A stretch of DNA of 64,000 nucleotides, taken from Felis catus. Taxonomy: Eukaryota. Position numbers and translations under genes: made by a program. This document shows, piece by piece, positions 63,445 to 64,000 of the stretch (positions within the stretch are counted from its first letter, which is position 1; each line of letters opens with the position of its first letter). The stretch lies in contig NC_058368.1 in the NCBI RefSeq assembly GCF_018350175.1, positions 103,170,001 to 103,234,000 on the forward strand. The letters run 5' to 3'. The notes under the pieces were generated by a model, which worked only from the letters and a program-made list of their open reading frames with translations, did not search any database and had not been told where the DNA came from.

Positions 63445-64000
63445 TGAAGTTCATTGAGGTGAAATGTACATTCAGTTAAATTCTCTCTTTTTAGTTCTAT
63501 GTTTTTTGATAAACACACTTGAGTAACTGGTCCATGAGAAGGATATAAAAGTTCCCTCGTGTCCCTTTGTGATCAATTCTGTCCACCAACCCCTTGCCCA
63601 CAGCAACCCATTTGATTTCTGTCATTGTGGTTTTGTTTTTTCTGCAATGTCATGTAAACGGAATCATGCAGTGTGTTGACTTTTGAGTCTGGGTATTTTC
63701 ACTTAGCATAATGCATTTGAAATTTATCTCTGTATTTACATAAGTCATTTTTTTTCAACTTATTGCTAAGTACTATTCCACTGTGTGGATGGAATAATAA
63801 TTTATCATTCATCAGTTCATGGGCATTTTAATGGTTTCTAATTTCTGGCATTTTAAAATACAGCTAATACATATATATCTTACATACCCATTTATACATA
63901 TAAATATCTCCAATTTTTGTGTGCATATATATTTTTATTTCTCCTGGATAAATTCCCAGAAGTAGAATTCCATATGGTAAGTATATATTTACTTTTTTAA
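63445..64000 (-). mobile_element. L1M (L1MB/MD/ME-like) 3' end, running off the window
   Basis: attgaggtgaaat...ggaatcatgcagtgtgt..ttttgagtctgg..ttcacttagcataatgcatttga...cccagaagtagaatt. Confidence 0.85.

Noticed and set aside
1..64000. CRISPR arrays, operons, prokaryotic systems or an intact host-gene exon
   Set aside because: Mammalian DNA with no regularly spaced repeat-spacer array and no recognisable intact coding exon. The host locus could not be identified from sequence alone.

Overview
AT-rich, repeat-dense mammalian DNA, almost certainly felid: it carries more than 20 carnivore tRNA-derived Can-SINEs, several near-identical to the young cat SINEC_Fc consensus. I see no intact protein-coding gene, RNA gene or CRISPR array. 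The supplied ORFs are read-throughs of SINEs and microsatellites, or chance ORFs. The window reads as a large intron or gene desert with MIR, L2, L1, MLT1 and hAT (MER) fossils, plus several repeat-free blocks that look like conserved enhancers. The main discovery is missed by the ORF track: a decayed DNAJB5 (Hsp40) pseudogene on the + strand at about 18248-19221. It still contains an intron (183 bp) and shows no J-domain exon, so it is an unprocessed or partially processed copy rather than an ordinary retrocopy. Other notable items: four retro-insertions stacked at one target site (16581-17392), a two-LTR MLT1 provirus, a nested SINE, a patchwork of direct and inverted repeats (53165-53253), and two small exon-like or recursive-splice-like cassettes. 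Repeat family names come from recognising consensus sequences by eye, and boundaries of old repeats are approximate.
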